Under the pieces are notes generated by a model, which ran no database searches, had not been told where the DNA came from, and saw nothing but the letters and a program-made list of their open reading frames with translations. Below, piece after piece: positions 40,745 through 49,827 of a DNA stretch of 64,000 nucleotides (position 1 is the first letter of the stretch; each line of letters opens with the position of its first letter). Origin of the DNA: a virus (lineage: Duplodnaviria > Caudoviricetes); the IMG/VR virus record IMGVR_UViG_3300022305_000835, positions 1 to 64,000 of that record; one strand, 5' to 3'. A program made the position numbers and the translations under genes.

Positions 40745-42931
40745 TCAGCCTTTAGCCTTTGTGGTCAAATAACTTTTTAAGAAGTCTTTCGTATCTTTAG
40801 ACTCTTTATAAGCTAGGTCTTGTTGTTGCATAGCACCATCTGCTTGTGCTTTCAGGCCATGTAATTCTTTTTCACGTTTCTGTGTAACACCTGATTCTTG
40901 TTCCAAGAAGTTAAGGTTCTTAAGATCTGTGTCTGATTTAAGGTGTTGTTGTTTAGCTGCTTCAGTTCCAGATTTAGCCCCACGTAGTTGGATGTCTGCA
41001 TAATTTTCTTGTGTCTTAGATTCAAGAAGTGCGATATCTGCCTGTAGTTTAGCCATCTCTAGTTGTTTCATCTGTTCTTGGAATGGATCAGGCTGTGGTT
41101 GGAAGCTAATGATCTTCTGTGCTAAGTCAGGCATCTTACGAAGTCTGGCTATGTCACTCAAGATTATCTTAGATAGCTCTGGATCCATATTAGGACCCAC
41201 TGTTTGAAGCATAAATGCTAATTGTTCTGCTTTATTGTTATCTTCTTCAGCTGTTGAAATAGATAACGACAGATCAAAATTACCCGGAAGATCATCTCGT
41301 CTGATTTTAATAAACTGTTCATTAGTTACTCTTACAATCTCCTCTTCAGATAAAAATACAGCGTTCATGGAGATTAGTTTTCTACCAATTTTAACTATAC
41401 CATTCGATAGTCTACGTAATATCCCTAACTCACGTTTTGATGCAGCATCTAATGCTCCCCTAATACCACTTGCTACGTCACCTAAACTCGCACCAGATAC
41501 ACCTTGGCTGAATGATTTAACACCTGTAAGAGATTCAGCTTCCATATTCTGTAACTGAAGCATAAATTGAGCAGAATTAGGAATTTCAGGAAACACATGC
41601 ATATATACACCCTGTCTAGGGTCTACATTTGAGTTAAATTCATAATCCTTACCAGATTCAAATTTCTTTCTGTTAACAGAATCTAACATATCCTTGCGAA
41701 TACCTGTCTGTCCATTAGCAGATTTACCTAGAATATCAATCATACCCCTAGTTACTGCACCAATTACTTTCTGATTGTCTTCTAATAAGGCACCATCAGG
41801 TTCACCATAATTATCTTTACGAACAGGAAGATAATGCTCCATTATGAACGGTAATTTCTTATCTGGAAATGGGGATTCTTCCATACGGATCAATACGTCC
41901 CCTACCCACTCTGCGACAATTGATACGACATTATTACTTCCGTCAATATCCACTTTACCCCAGTATTGGTACACCACAAATTTCTTTCTAGCATCATCTT
42001 TAAAATTAAAATTCTGTTCTGCTAATTTTGCACTATGATCTGGTGAAGCCAGTACAGATGAACTGTCTATATTAATTTTATCAATATTCTGGTACTTCTT
42101 ACCATCCTTCTTAAGTAAGTATTTGCTAGTCTCATAGCTTTTAATAATAAAGTTGGCTTTCTCTAAATCACCTTGAGCTGTGGGATCGATCATAATATTT
42201 CGAAAATCACATACCTCTATTGTAGGCCTATTAACCAAGGTTCTTACTTTCTCTTGTACAGTAAAAGTACCTAAATCTACTGGCTCAATAGGTTGTCCTG
42301 ACTGCATAGACATCTCATGTGCCTGTTTAAGCTCTTCAGGGACATCTGTATTATATTGACTAGGTGACATCTGCTGCATTTGCATCAATTCCTGATGTAA
42401 CTCAGCCAATTCAGGATTAACTCTAAACTCAATATCAGGAACCTCTTCAGTATATGTCTCTTCTTGGAATTCCCATCCAAGCTGTACAATTACAGTGCCT
42501 TCATCTACCGCAGTTCTAATGTATTCATCAATAAATCGGGTTTTATCTAATTGGGTATTTAATTGATAATTTAAAAGTAATTCATTTTGACGAGCAGCTT
42601 CTTTATCTTCCCATGTAACAGGATTAACATTAAATACATCTACCGTAGATAGAAATGGTTCACTTAATGCAGCATATCGCCACTCTGCTTGTTTTCTAAT
42701 TAGTTTAGGTTGAATAGATGACTGGTTTCCAGGTGTTTTAAGGATATTCTTCCCTGTCATATTCATATTATCAAGCCAAGTAGATATTTTCTCTACTCTG
42801 CCTATATGGATTGCCCTTGCTTCTTGCTGATCCTGCTTTAATTCTCTTAGCGTTGGAGGTTTAGTCCAGTGTTCTGGTAATACGATATCTTTTTCTTCTA
42901 TATCATTCTGATTCTTCATGTTTATGCCCAT
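40745..42931 (-). CDS. Portal protein (N4 gp59-like)
   Basis: S.IQPKLIRKQAEWRYAALSEPFL, GAVTRGMID..GKSANGQ, EAESLTGVKSF, LDAASKRELGILRRL. Confidence 0.9.
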   Translation of the reverse strand: MGINMKNQNDIEEKDIVLPEHWTKPPTLRELKQDQQEARAIHIGRVEKISTWLDNMNMTGKNILKTPGNQSSIQPKLIRKQAEWRYAALSEPFLSTVDVFNVNPVTWEDKEAARQNELLLNYQLNTQLDKTRFIDEYIRTAVDEGTVIVQLGWEFQEETYTEEVPDIEFRVNPELAELHQELMQMQQMSPSQYNTDVPEELKQAHEMSMQSGQPIEPVDLGTFTVQEKVRTLVNRPTIEVCDFRNIMIDPTAQGDLEKANFIIKSYETSKYLLKKDGKKYQNIDKINIDSSSVLASPDHSAKLAEQNFNFKDDARKKFVVYQYWGKVDIDGSNNVVSIVAEWVGDVLIRMEESPFPDKKLPFIMEHYLPVRKDNYGEPDGALLEDNQKVIGAVTRGMIDILGKSANGQTGIRKDMLDSVNRKKFESGKDYEFNSNVDPRQGVYMHVFPEIPNSAQFMLQLQNMEAESLTGVKSFSQGVSGASLGDVASGIRGALDAASKRELGILRRLSNGIVKIGRKLISMNAVFLSEEEIVRVTNEQFIKIRRDDLPGNFDLSLSISTAEEDNNKAEQLAFMLQTVGPNMDPELSKIILSDIARLRKMPDLAQKIISFQPQPDPFQEQMKQLEMAKLQADIALLESKTQENYADIQLRGAKSGTEAAKQQHLKSDTDLKNLNFLEQESGVTQKREKELHGLKAQADGAMQQQDLAYKESKDTKDFLKSYLTTKAKG

Positions 42932-43575
42932 CCTCCTGTTCTAATTCGTGATTCTTCTCTTGAAGATTCAGCCTGTGGATTCCAATTTGTAAGCTGTTGA
43001 CAAGCATTTTCATACTTTTGCATATACTGCATGGTTGCTAGTCCTTCAAATTGTCCTGAACCAGTAGAAGATAAGAGTCTTGCTGCTACAAAGTATAGGA
43101 GTGGTTCAATATATGAATCAGGTAACTCTATAAGCAGTGTATCAACATCTACATACCCATCATCTGCCTGTAGTTTAGGATGATTTGCTTTATAGACTAT
43201 TGTTAAATACTGATATGCACGAGTATTAGTTAAAAATTTACTAACTAATAAGGTATTAGTACTAAGTGTGAAACATCCAAATGTATTCGTAGGATCATTT
43301 AATGAAACTTCTTCAGTGGTAGGAGCATATACTTCAAGGATTTTTAATAAATCCTCTTGGATAATAGGATATATCTCCTGTCCTACAACTAAAGGTACTA
43401 CTAAAGATGAGGTTTTTAAATTAAACCGTTTATATAAGGATGTAAGCCCTAAATTAATGTGAGGAAGAATCTTAGCCATATTAACATCATTAATAACTCC
43501 TGCTTCACCTCCACCAATACTTAACTGAGCTAACTCACCAAAAGTTAGAAGATCAAATATTTCTTGTAATTTCAT
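42922..43575 (-). CDS. Head-tail adaptor (N4 gp67-like)
   Basis: MKLQEIFDLLTFGEL, IN.GL..L.KRF, IELP....EPLLYFVAAR; synteny. Confidence 0.7.
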   Translation of the reverse strand: MKLQEIFDLLTFGELAQLSIGGGEAGVINDVNMAKILPHINLGLTSLYKRFNLKTSSLVVPLVVGQEIYPIIQEDLLKILEVYAPTTEEVSLNDPTNTFGCFTLSTNTLLVSKFLTNTRAYQYLTIVYKANHPKLQADDGYVDVDTLLIELPDSYIEPLLYFVAARLLSSTGSGQFEGLATMQYMQKYENACQQLTNWNPQAESSREESRIRTGGWA

Positions 43576-43596
43576 ATGTTTCTCTCGAAATAAGTA

Positions 43597-45192
43597 TTAT
43601 ACGATGTATGAAGCCATTCTATCTATAGGACCGTCGTCTTCATCAATGTCCCACATTCCATCTTTTTTCGGACTTTCATGTAGCTCCGCCTCTTCAGAAG
43701 GTTTCCAAGGATTTAATGCACATAACATGGATATAGTATCAAGAAAATCATCATGTTTACTACGCATTCCTCCTACTGCAACTAAACTAAGTTCATTCAT
43801 TGCTTCTATCATAGGAGGCTCTGTTTTACGTTCAATAGGGAAAAACATTTTACGTGCTTTAAACCAGGGTACAACAGTATTAAATCGAACCAGTTTATTA
43901 GTATTAGGTCGTATTCCTGCTTTAGAGTCATTACCTTCACTCGCTAAAGGGAAGTATATATTACGTTCTAACATTTGTCCCTGAATCCATTGAATAAACC
44001 CACCCTGTTGACCAGATACCTCTACACCTACGGATTGTGGTTTATATATCTGAGCCAGTCTGAATAAATCATCAATGTTTTTATCCATTAACTGACGCTT
44101 GCATATACCATCTACCCAAAGCCAGTCGCCTACATTATTATATGCCCATACAGATATGACACTAAAGTCTGCCTTATCCTTCTCAGATGTAGCAAAATCG
44201 GTAGTAATATAGAAATTAAACTTATTTTTATTTCTAATAACTGAGTCAATCTTATACCACCCGATATCACCATCCTGAATCATACGATCCTCATCAGACA
44301 TAATACGTAGCATTAACTCTTGGTTGAATGTATCAACCTTTCCAAGTTGTAATGCCTTCATGTGTTTATCTTTAACATATTCAAACGTGAATCTATCTTC
44401 CCAACTTCCTCTAAAGTCCTCTTTCGTACATGGAAATGCCTCACATACTGGAAATACGTTTACTTCCCATGCACCCGACTCAACTGCCTTATACAAAGGG
44501 TCTTTAGCATTAAAGGGTGTACCACTCCAGATAATCATATTATTAGATGGATGCAAAGCATATGTTACTGCTTTATAAACTGTATCCTCTACTGATGCAA
44601 TAACTGTAGCAGACCTAGCATCTTCATCACTAATAAGATCATCAAGCACTGCTAACTGGGGTCGTTTACCCATTTCCTTTGCACCACGAACACCAGTCTG
44701 TGCACCATACCCTTTAACAATAAATACATTGCCATCTGCATTAATGAATTCCCACCTAATATCGGTAAATTTAGCCTCAGGGATATATTGCTTTAAGAAT
44801 GCTGAGTTATCATATCTAAACTGTAGATTCTTTCTCATATTCTTAACACCATTTTCAATAGAGTCAGACACATAAAGTGCAACATCTACTTTACCAAATC
44901 CAGGTAAATGACCATACACCCCTAAGTATAAAAATAGGTATTCACCCATAATTACAGTTTTACCCATACCACGATGACATAAATTAATAACCAACTTCCC
45001 GTTATTAGTCAACGTGTCCAACATTTTATAATGTACAACAGGTGTAAGATTCTCTTCCCCTTGCCCACCATTTACTAACTTAATAAAGGTGACAAATTCC
45101 AGAGCAAACTCACTAGGCACATAGTCTGGATTATCTGAATAATCTAATTCATTTAAATAATCTTCAACTTTTTTATGTAACTCATTATCCAT
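43597..45192 (-). CDS. terL: Terminase large subunit (N4 gp68-like)
   Basis: CHRGMGKT, RPQLAVLDDL Walker B, WSGTPF, YITTDFATSEK..ADFS, KHDDFLDTISML nuclease motifs. Confidence 0.92.
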   Translation of the reverse strand: MDNELHKKVEDYLNELDYSDNPDYVPSEFALEFVTFIKLVNGGQGEENLTPVVHYKMLDTLTNNGKLVINLCHRGMGKTVIMGEYLFLYLGVYGHLPGFGKVDVALYVSDSIENGVKNMRKNLQFRYDNSAFLKQYIPEAKFTDIRWEFINADGNVFIVKGYGAQTGVRGAKEMGKRPQLAVLDDLISDEDARSATVIASVEDTVYKAVTYALHPSNNMIIWSGTPFNAKDPLYKAVESGAWEVNVFPVCEAFPCTKEDFRGSWEDRFTFEYVKDKHMKALQLGKVDTFNQELMLRIMSDEDRMIQDGDIGWYKIDSVIRNKNKFNFYITTDFATSEKDKADFSVISVWAYNNVGDWLWVDGICKRQLMDKNIDDLFRLAQIYKPQSVGVEVSGQQGGFIQWIQGQMLERNIYFPLASEGNDSKAGIRPNTNKLVRFNTVVPWFKARKMFFPIERKTEPPMIEAMNELSLVAVGGMRSKHDDFLDTISMLCALNPWKPSEEAELHESPKKDGMWDIDEDDGPIDRMASYIV

Positions 45193-46201
45193 AATTCATT
45201 GCTTCCGCACGTTGGTTAGCCAAGATATTATTAAACGTTGCCATAGGTCTATTATCCTGCTGAATCTGAACAAGTTGTTCATTAGTGCCTGCAACACGTG
45301 TGTCTACAGGAACAAGTCCTTCTCCCAAATTAGCTGCTGCTGCTGCCTTTCTGATATTCTGACTTTGTTGTAGCTGTGCCATTTGCTGTAGTGACCTCAT
45401 AGGTGTGACAGTCGCCACAGGACTTTCTGCACCATATGCATCCATCATCTCATAGAGATTAGGTTGCTTAGGCACAACTGCTTGAGCATATTGAAGTGCT
45501 TCAGGTGTAACAGGATCTGCTGCCTGCATTTCCGCCATAGGATTAACTGCTTTTTCTACAGGAACTGCTACTACTACTTGTGCTGGTGCATCTTTAACTA
45601 CTGGTGCAGCTACAACTGCTACAGGTGCCTCTTTTATAACAGGTGCTTGTGCAACAGTAGTATTTACAGCAGGAGCTGGCTTCGCCGCTAACGCCAAACC
45701 AGGTGAAGTAACTACAGGGACAGGAGCAACCTTAGCTTCAACAATAGGTGCATCTTTAGTCTCAATTACATTAGCAGTTTCACCAATACGCTTTTTAATA
45801 TTCTCAGCATAATCAAGTGTTGATCCATATTCAGGATGCCCCTTAACATATAACCCTTTCCCCTGTTTAGCAGCAGCAATAGCACCAGGTCCACCATTAT
45901 ATCCAGCCGCAGTTAAACCAATATCACCGTCTGCTCTTTCATGCATCTGTTTTAAATATCTAATACCTGCTCGTGCATTATGTTCTGGGTTATCAATATT
46001 CCAATCTTTATCAGCAACACTCTTAAATGTATCAGGCATTATTTGCATTCCACCTCGAGCACCAGACACAGATGTCTTTGTTCCACCACCACCAGACTCT
46101 GCACCATAAATAGCCCAAGCAATATCAGCTAATTTACTAGATACACCCTCTTCCTTGAGTGCATTAGAAAACATATCTTTAGTACCATATTTATCAGCCA
46201 T
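45185..46201 (-). CDS. Lytic transglycosylase (SLT domain) with Pro/Ala/Val-rich C-terminal region
   Basis: AES, ARGGMQIMPDTF, N.RAGIRYL, AAGYNGGPG motifs. Confidence 0.8.
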   Translation of the reverse strand: MADKYGTKDMFSNALKEEGVSSKLADIAWAIYGAESGGGGTKTSVSGARGGMQIMPDTFKSVADKDWNIDNPEHNARAGIRYLKQMHERADGDIGLTAAGYNGGPGAIAAAKQGKGLYVKGHPEYGSTLDYAENIKKRIGETANVIETKDAPIVEAKVAPVPVVTSPGLALAAKPAPAVNTTVAQAPVIKEAPVAVVAAPVVKDAPAQVVVAVPVEKAVNPMAEMQAADPVTPEALQYAQAVVPKQPNLYEMMDAYGAESPVATVTPMRSLQQMAQLQQSQNIRKAAAAANLGEGLVPVDTRVAGTNEQLVQIQQDNRPMATFNNILANQRAEAMNYG

Positions 46202-46895
46202 TACTTAATTCCCCATCAATTATGTCTTCATTAATCAATTGTAGCTTGGAACCAGCAATACTACCAGCAGTCATCTGCCCTGCTTGCATCACCAATCTCT
46301 GATTTGCTACCAACTCCATTGTAGCCATTCTAAGGGCATTAATAGAGCTATCCTCTTTCATTGTGATATCTAGCTCCACTTTCTTAATGTCGGGCATCCT
46401 CAAGTGCGTAAGCAGGCTATTAGCAGCATCTGTCCTAACTTTCTCACTATTAGCACCCACCATCAACTCAGCCTGCACATTCAAAGCCTTCTGATACAAA
46501 TCTTGATTCAACACATAATGCGGAATCAACGTCTGCTCATAAATCAGATTAACCAGTTTAGATTTATTATACGCAGTGACATAACTAGCCACATCCTTAC
46601 TAGCAACATTAGTAGCAGCAAACCTAATAATCTTATCAGGGAATGTCCTACTATATGCATCTATGTTAGTACCACCACTTAGCTTATGACTAACATACTT
46701 CACAGCATTAATGTAATCTCCAATTTTAAATCTACCATCTGCCATTACCTTTGTATAGCTCAATAGATTATCCCTATAAGCCTCATATAAGTCAGGATCA
46801 CTAAGGGTATGATTAATCTGATCAATTAATTCCTGATTAATACTCTTCTTCACTTTATCTGGTAAAGCATTCTTAAACTGTTCTACTGTTAACAT
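46194..46895 (-). CDS. N4 gp69-like protein, probable terminase small subunit
   Basis: LTVEQFKNALP, YRDNLLSYTKVM..G.FK..DY.NAVKYVS.KL, AL.VQA.LM.....EKVR..AA.SLLTHL. Confidence 0.7.
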   Translation of the reverse strand: MLTVEQFKNALPDKVKKSINQELIDQINHTLSDPDLYEAYRDNLLSYTKVMADGRFKIGDYINAVKYVSHKLSGGTNIDAYSRTFPDKIIRFAATNVASKDVASYVTAYNKSKLVNLIYEQTLIPHYVLNQDLYQKALNVQAELMVGANSEKVRTDAANSLLTHLRMPDIKKVELDITMKEDSSINALRMATMELVANQRLVMQAGQMTAGSIAGSKLQLINEDIIDGELSNG

Positions 46896-47124
46896 TTCTA
46901 TCCTAGGGGTTGGGGAATAATTTTATAATATTTTTTAGGGACCTAATCTTATAATTTTAATCTGAAGGAGTGGGGGAATTTTTCAATCTTAGTATTACTC
47001 CTATAATGCCCACACACTAACACTAAAAACAATATACCCCCCCTACTCGATAAGCATCCTTATTTGTGCTCGTACCTCGCCAAGAGCATACGTGTGTGTG
47101 TAATAACCTATCAGGAGTAATAAC
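46896..47124. other. Probable genome-end/terminal-repeat junction and early control region
   Basis: Non-coding gap between the last late gene (-) and first early gene (+), where N4 genomes end; contains ATACCCCCCCT. Confidence 0.5.
47065..47089 (+). promoter_or_regulatory. Repeated early-region module, copy 1 (candidate vRNAP promoter)
   Basis: TGTGCTC-N6-CGC-N-AAGAGCAT, repeated at 47482-47506. Confidence 0.45.
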
Positions 47125-47331
47125 ATGTCTATCATCAATCAAGCTACAGCATTAGTATCTATGTCTCTTAACACTGTAGTTAAAGCGGTATCAATCGCGG
47201 ATAACCTACTCAACGCAGTACATACAGTCAGTACAGTAGTAGATACAACCACTACTATTTATTCAGAAGTAATAATATTACAAGTAAATCTAAATGCCCA
47301 AGCTACCAAGCTAGGTCTAACAAACGTCTAA
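47125..47331 (+). CDS. Early hypothetical protein
   Basis: 68 aa, AGGAG RBS; amphipathic helix similar to 48526-48777. Confidence 0.6.
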   Translation: MSIINQATALVSMSLNTVVKAVSIADNLLNAVHTVSTVVDTTTTIYSEVIILQVNLNAQATKLGLTNV

Positions 47332-47481
47332 ACCTATATACACACTATATCCTAACACGGATGTAGTGTGTATTAAAATTAAAGCCCACACAATACAACC
47401 CACACATCCTCAGATAGTCCTAACGAAGACACACCTGTCTACCCACATGTGTGTGTGTGTCCTTCTACATATACTCGTGTC

Positions 47482-47506
47482 TGTGCTCCTGCGTCGCTAA
47501 GAGCAT
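47482..47506 (+). promoter_or_regulatory. Repeated early-region module, copy 2 (candidate vRNAP promoter)
   Basis: TGTGCTCCTGCGTCGCTAAGAGCAT. Confidence 0.45.
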
Positions 47507-47583
47507 GTTTGTGCATGCACCCGTCCAATTTCGGACATCGTAGTACACATTCAATGTGTATTACACCTATCAGGAGAATTACC

Positions 47584-48093
47584 ATGGCTATTATCAGAAA
47601 CAGAAAAGCAGCTACATCTACATCATCAGTTGCTAACGAAGCTTGGAAAGCAAGTGCATTCCTTAACTTATATTTGACAGGTAAAACAAATGTAAGATTG
47701 GGAGCAATTGCATTGCGTGAATCTAATGCAAGTGAAGCGAAAATCTTAGCTTGGATTGCAGGCGATAGTGCCAAAGCTGCATCATTGAAAGACAAATTCA
47801 TCTTGTCGTACAACACAGTTACTGACAGCACTGGGTTAGACTTCTTAGCTGATATTGAGGTCGTATCTCATACACCAGAAGAAGTTGGTGCAATTGGGTA
47901 TGTGAACATCTCATTGCCTACAGCAACAGGTAGTGCAAGATTAGGCTCTATTGTCCTTAAAGATGGCAATGTATTACATGAAAAGCTGGATGTGTGGTTA
48001 GCTGATGTAGCTAACTTAAATGTGTTGAAAGACTCGATGACTATTGTCTATCAATCTGCTGTAAGTAAATCAGTTGAATTCTTGTTAGATTAG
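47584..48093 (+). CDS. Early protein with tandem-duplicated domain (possible ssDNA-binding transcription cofactor)
   Basis: Start MAIIR with AGGAG RBS; two copies of A.(F/Y)(L/V)N..L...RLG.I.L. Confidence 0.6.
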   Translation: MAIIRNRKAATSTSSVANEAWKASAFLNLYLTGKTNVRLGAIALRESNASEAKILAWIAGDSAKAASLKDKFILSYNTVTDSTGLDFLADIEVVSHTPEEVGAIGYVNISLPTATGSARLGSIVLKDGNVLHEKLDVWLADVANLNVLKDSMTIVYQSAVSKSVEFLLD

Positions 48094-48164
48094 AGTTGTG
48101 CTAATACCCTAGAAATAGGGTATTGGTGCTTATGTAAGATAGTCACTATTATTGGAGAGTAAAA

Positions 48165-48413
48165 ATGAACTTAGAAACAACAGTAAAAAACTACTATATA
48201 ACAGTAGCTTTATTTCATGCAGATAATACTGAAGCACTACAAGGTGCTAAAGATCCACAAGCTAGAAGAAATTTAGTATGTAATGCTAAATATGATTTTG
48301 ACACAGCTCACAAACTAGCAAAAGAGTTAGCTACTTGGGTAGATGAACCAGGTGCTTTTTGTTGTGTATGTTCCTTAGATGGAATAATCACATATGCTTA
48401 TCAATATCTGTAA
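48165..48413 (+). CDS. Early hypothetical protein
   Basis: 82 aa, GGAG RBS. Confidence 0.6.
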   Translation: MNLETTVKNYYITVALFHADNTEALQGAKDPQARRNLVCNAKYDFDTAHKLAKELATWVDEPGAFCCVCSLDGIITYAYQYL

Positions 48414-48474
48414 GGCTATTACTACGATGTCTGAAAAGATGTCGTAGTGAGGATTAAGTAGGAGTAAAAATGCA

Positions 48475-48495
48475 GGGGTTCTCCGAACCCTTTTT
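48475..48495 (+). terminator. Hairpin plus T tract with TCC loop
   Basis: GGGTTC-TCC-GAACCC-TTTTT. Confidence 0.5.
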
Positions 48496-48525
48496 CCCTG
48501 TTTTATAATATATTGGAGTAATCAA

Positions 48526-48777
48526 ATGTTAAAAGAATTATTAGATGTAACAAGTACTGCATTAGTGTTAGTGAATCAAGCTGCACATGTTACTTCAGCG
48601 GCTCTTGGTGTAGTGGGTACTACTGTACAAGCAGGCAATAATATTGCAGGTGCTTTAGAAAAATCAACACGTGTGATTGATAAAGAAGCACAAAATTTAG
48701 TTAACTGGCATGACATTAGATTAGTTATGGCAAACCATGAACAGAGCGATGCTATGAAGGCATTGAATAATGTTTAA
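48526..48777 (+). CDS. Early hypothetical protein
   Basis: 83 aa, GGAG RBS. Confidence 0.6.
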   Translation: MLKELLDVTSTALVLVNQAAHVTSAALGVVGTTVQAGNNIAGALEKSTRVIDKEAQNLVNWHDIRLVMANHEQSDAMKALNNV

Positions 48778-48873
48778 AAACTAGACAATCAAGAGGCTAG
48801 TAGAAATACTAGTCACCGTAGGTGACAGGCATACTATGTATGCCTAGCCTTATTTTCGTTATGGGAGATAGTC

Positions 48874-49806
48874 ATGAATCAGATAGAAATTGAAGAACAC
48901 TTTAGTAAAAAGAAACCAAGACAAATGATGAAAGAATTTATCCTTGAGAATATTGAGGAAGATGATATTGATCAAGCTGTATGTTTATTGGCAGAATGGA
49001 TAAGTGCTGAATATTACCCAAGTAAGGAAGCCAGGATATTGAAATTAGATGATATGGATCTTAGAAAATTAGTGGTTGATATTGTTATAGGAACTACTGA
49101 GATTCAAGTGGAAACACTACTTACAATTGCTGTAGGAAAATTAGCTAGTTTGTTAGATATAGATAAATTAGACAGCATTAAAACTATGTCTGAAATTCTA
49201 GCTATCTTATCTGAAATGGATTGGTATGACCTTATCAAAGAATCCAATGAGGCTAGTTGGATGATTGTAAGTTTGATCGAAATACCAGAAGAAATCCAGG
49301 ATGCAGTAAATAGATGTATGTATTTACCGCCAATGATTGAAGAACCACAGATACTCGAATCAAATCGTGATAGTGGTTATAAGACAATCAAAGACAGTTT
49401 GATCTTAGGTAGTGGAAATTACCACGATGGTGATATTACCTTAGATGCACTGAATTTAATGGCATCAGTGCCACTCAGTTTAAATATTGAGTTTATCAAT
49501 AGTGTTAAGGAAGAACCGAATAAAGAAATCACAACTGATTTGATACTGGTAGATTACCCAGAATTAACAGATGATGAAGCTATTGAAGAAGCAAAATTTA
49601 GGATTGCTATGTTTGATAGATTTGTAAAACAGTCACAAGAAGTATGTGACTTATTGATTGAGAATGGAAATAAATTCTATCTAAATCAAAAGGTTGATAA
49701 AAGAGGTAGAGTATATGCACAAGGATATCATGTAAGTACAGCAGGTGCATCGTACAAGAAAGCAGCCATAGAGCTGTATAACGAAGAATTAGTAGAGGGC
49801 ATTTAA
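48874..49806 (+). CDS. RNA polymerase II subunit 1 (N4 gp15-like)
   Basis: YLPPMIEEP, N.DSGY....SLILG, KVDKRGRVYAQGYHV (T/DxxGR motif). Confidence 0.9.
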   Translation: MNQIEIEEHFSKKKPRQMMKEFILENIEEDDIDQAVCLLAEWISAEYYPSKEARILKLDDMDLRKLVVDIVIGTTEIQVETLLTIAVGKLASLLDIDKLDSIKTMSEILAILSEMDWYDLIKESNEASWMIVSLIEIPEEIQDAVNRCMYLPPMIEEPQILESNRDSGYKTIKDSLILGSGNYHDGDITLDALNLMASVPLSLNIEFINSVKEEPNKEITTDLILVDYPELTDDEAIEEAKFRIAMFDRFVKQSQEVCDLLIENGNKFYLNQKVDKRGRVYAQGYHVSTAGASYKKAAIELYNEELVEGI

Positions 49807-49827
49807 GTCTTCATTTGGAGTGTTATT

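Noticed and set aside
47395-47460. CA/GT dinucleotide runs as a microsatellite or telomere-like repeat
   Set aside because: Too short and irregular; part of the strand-biased early control region.
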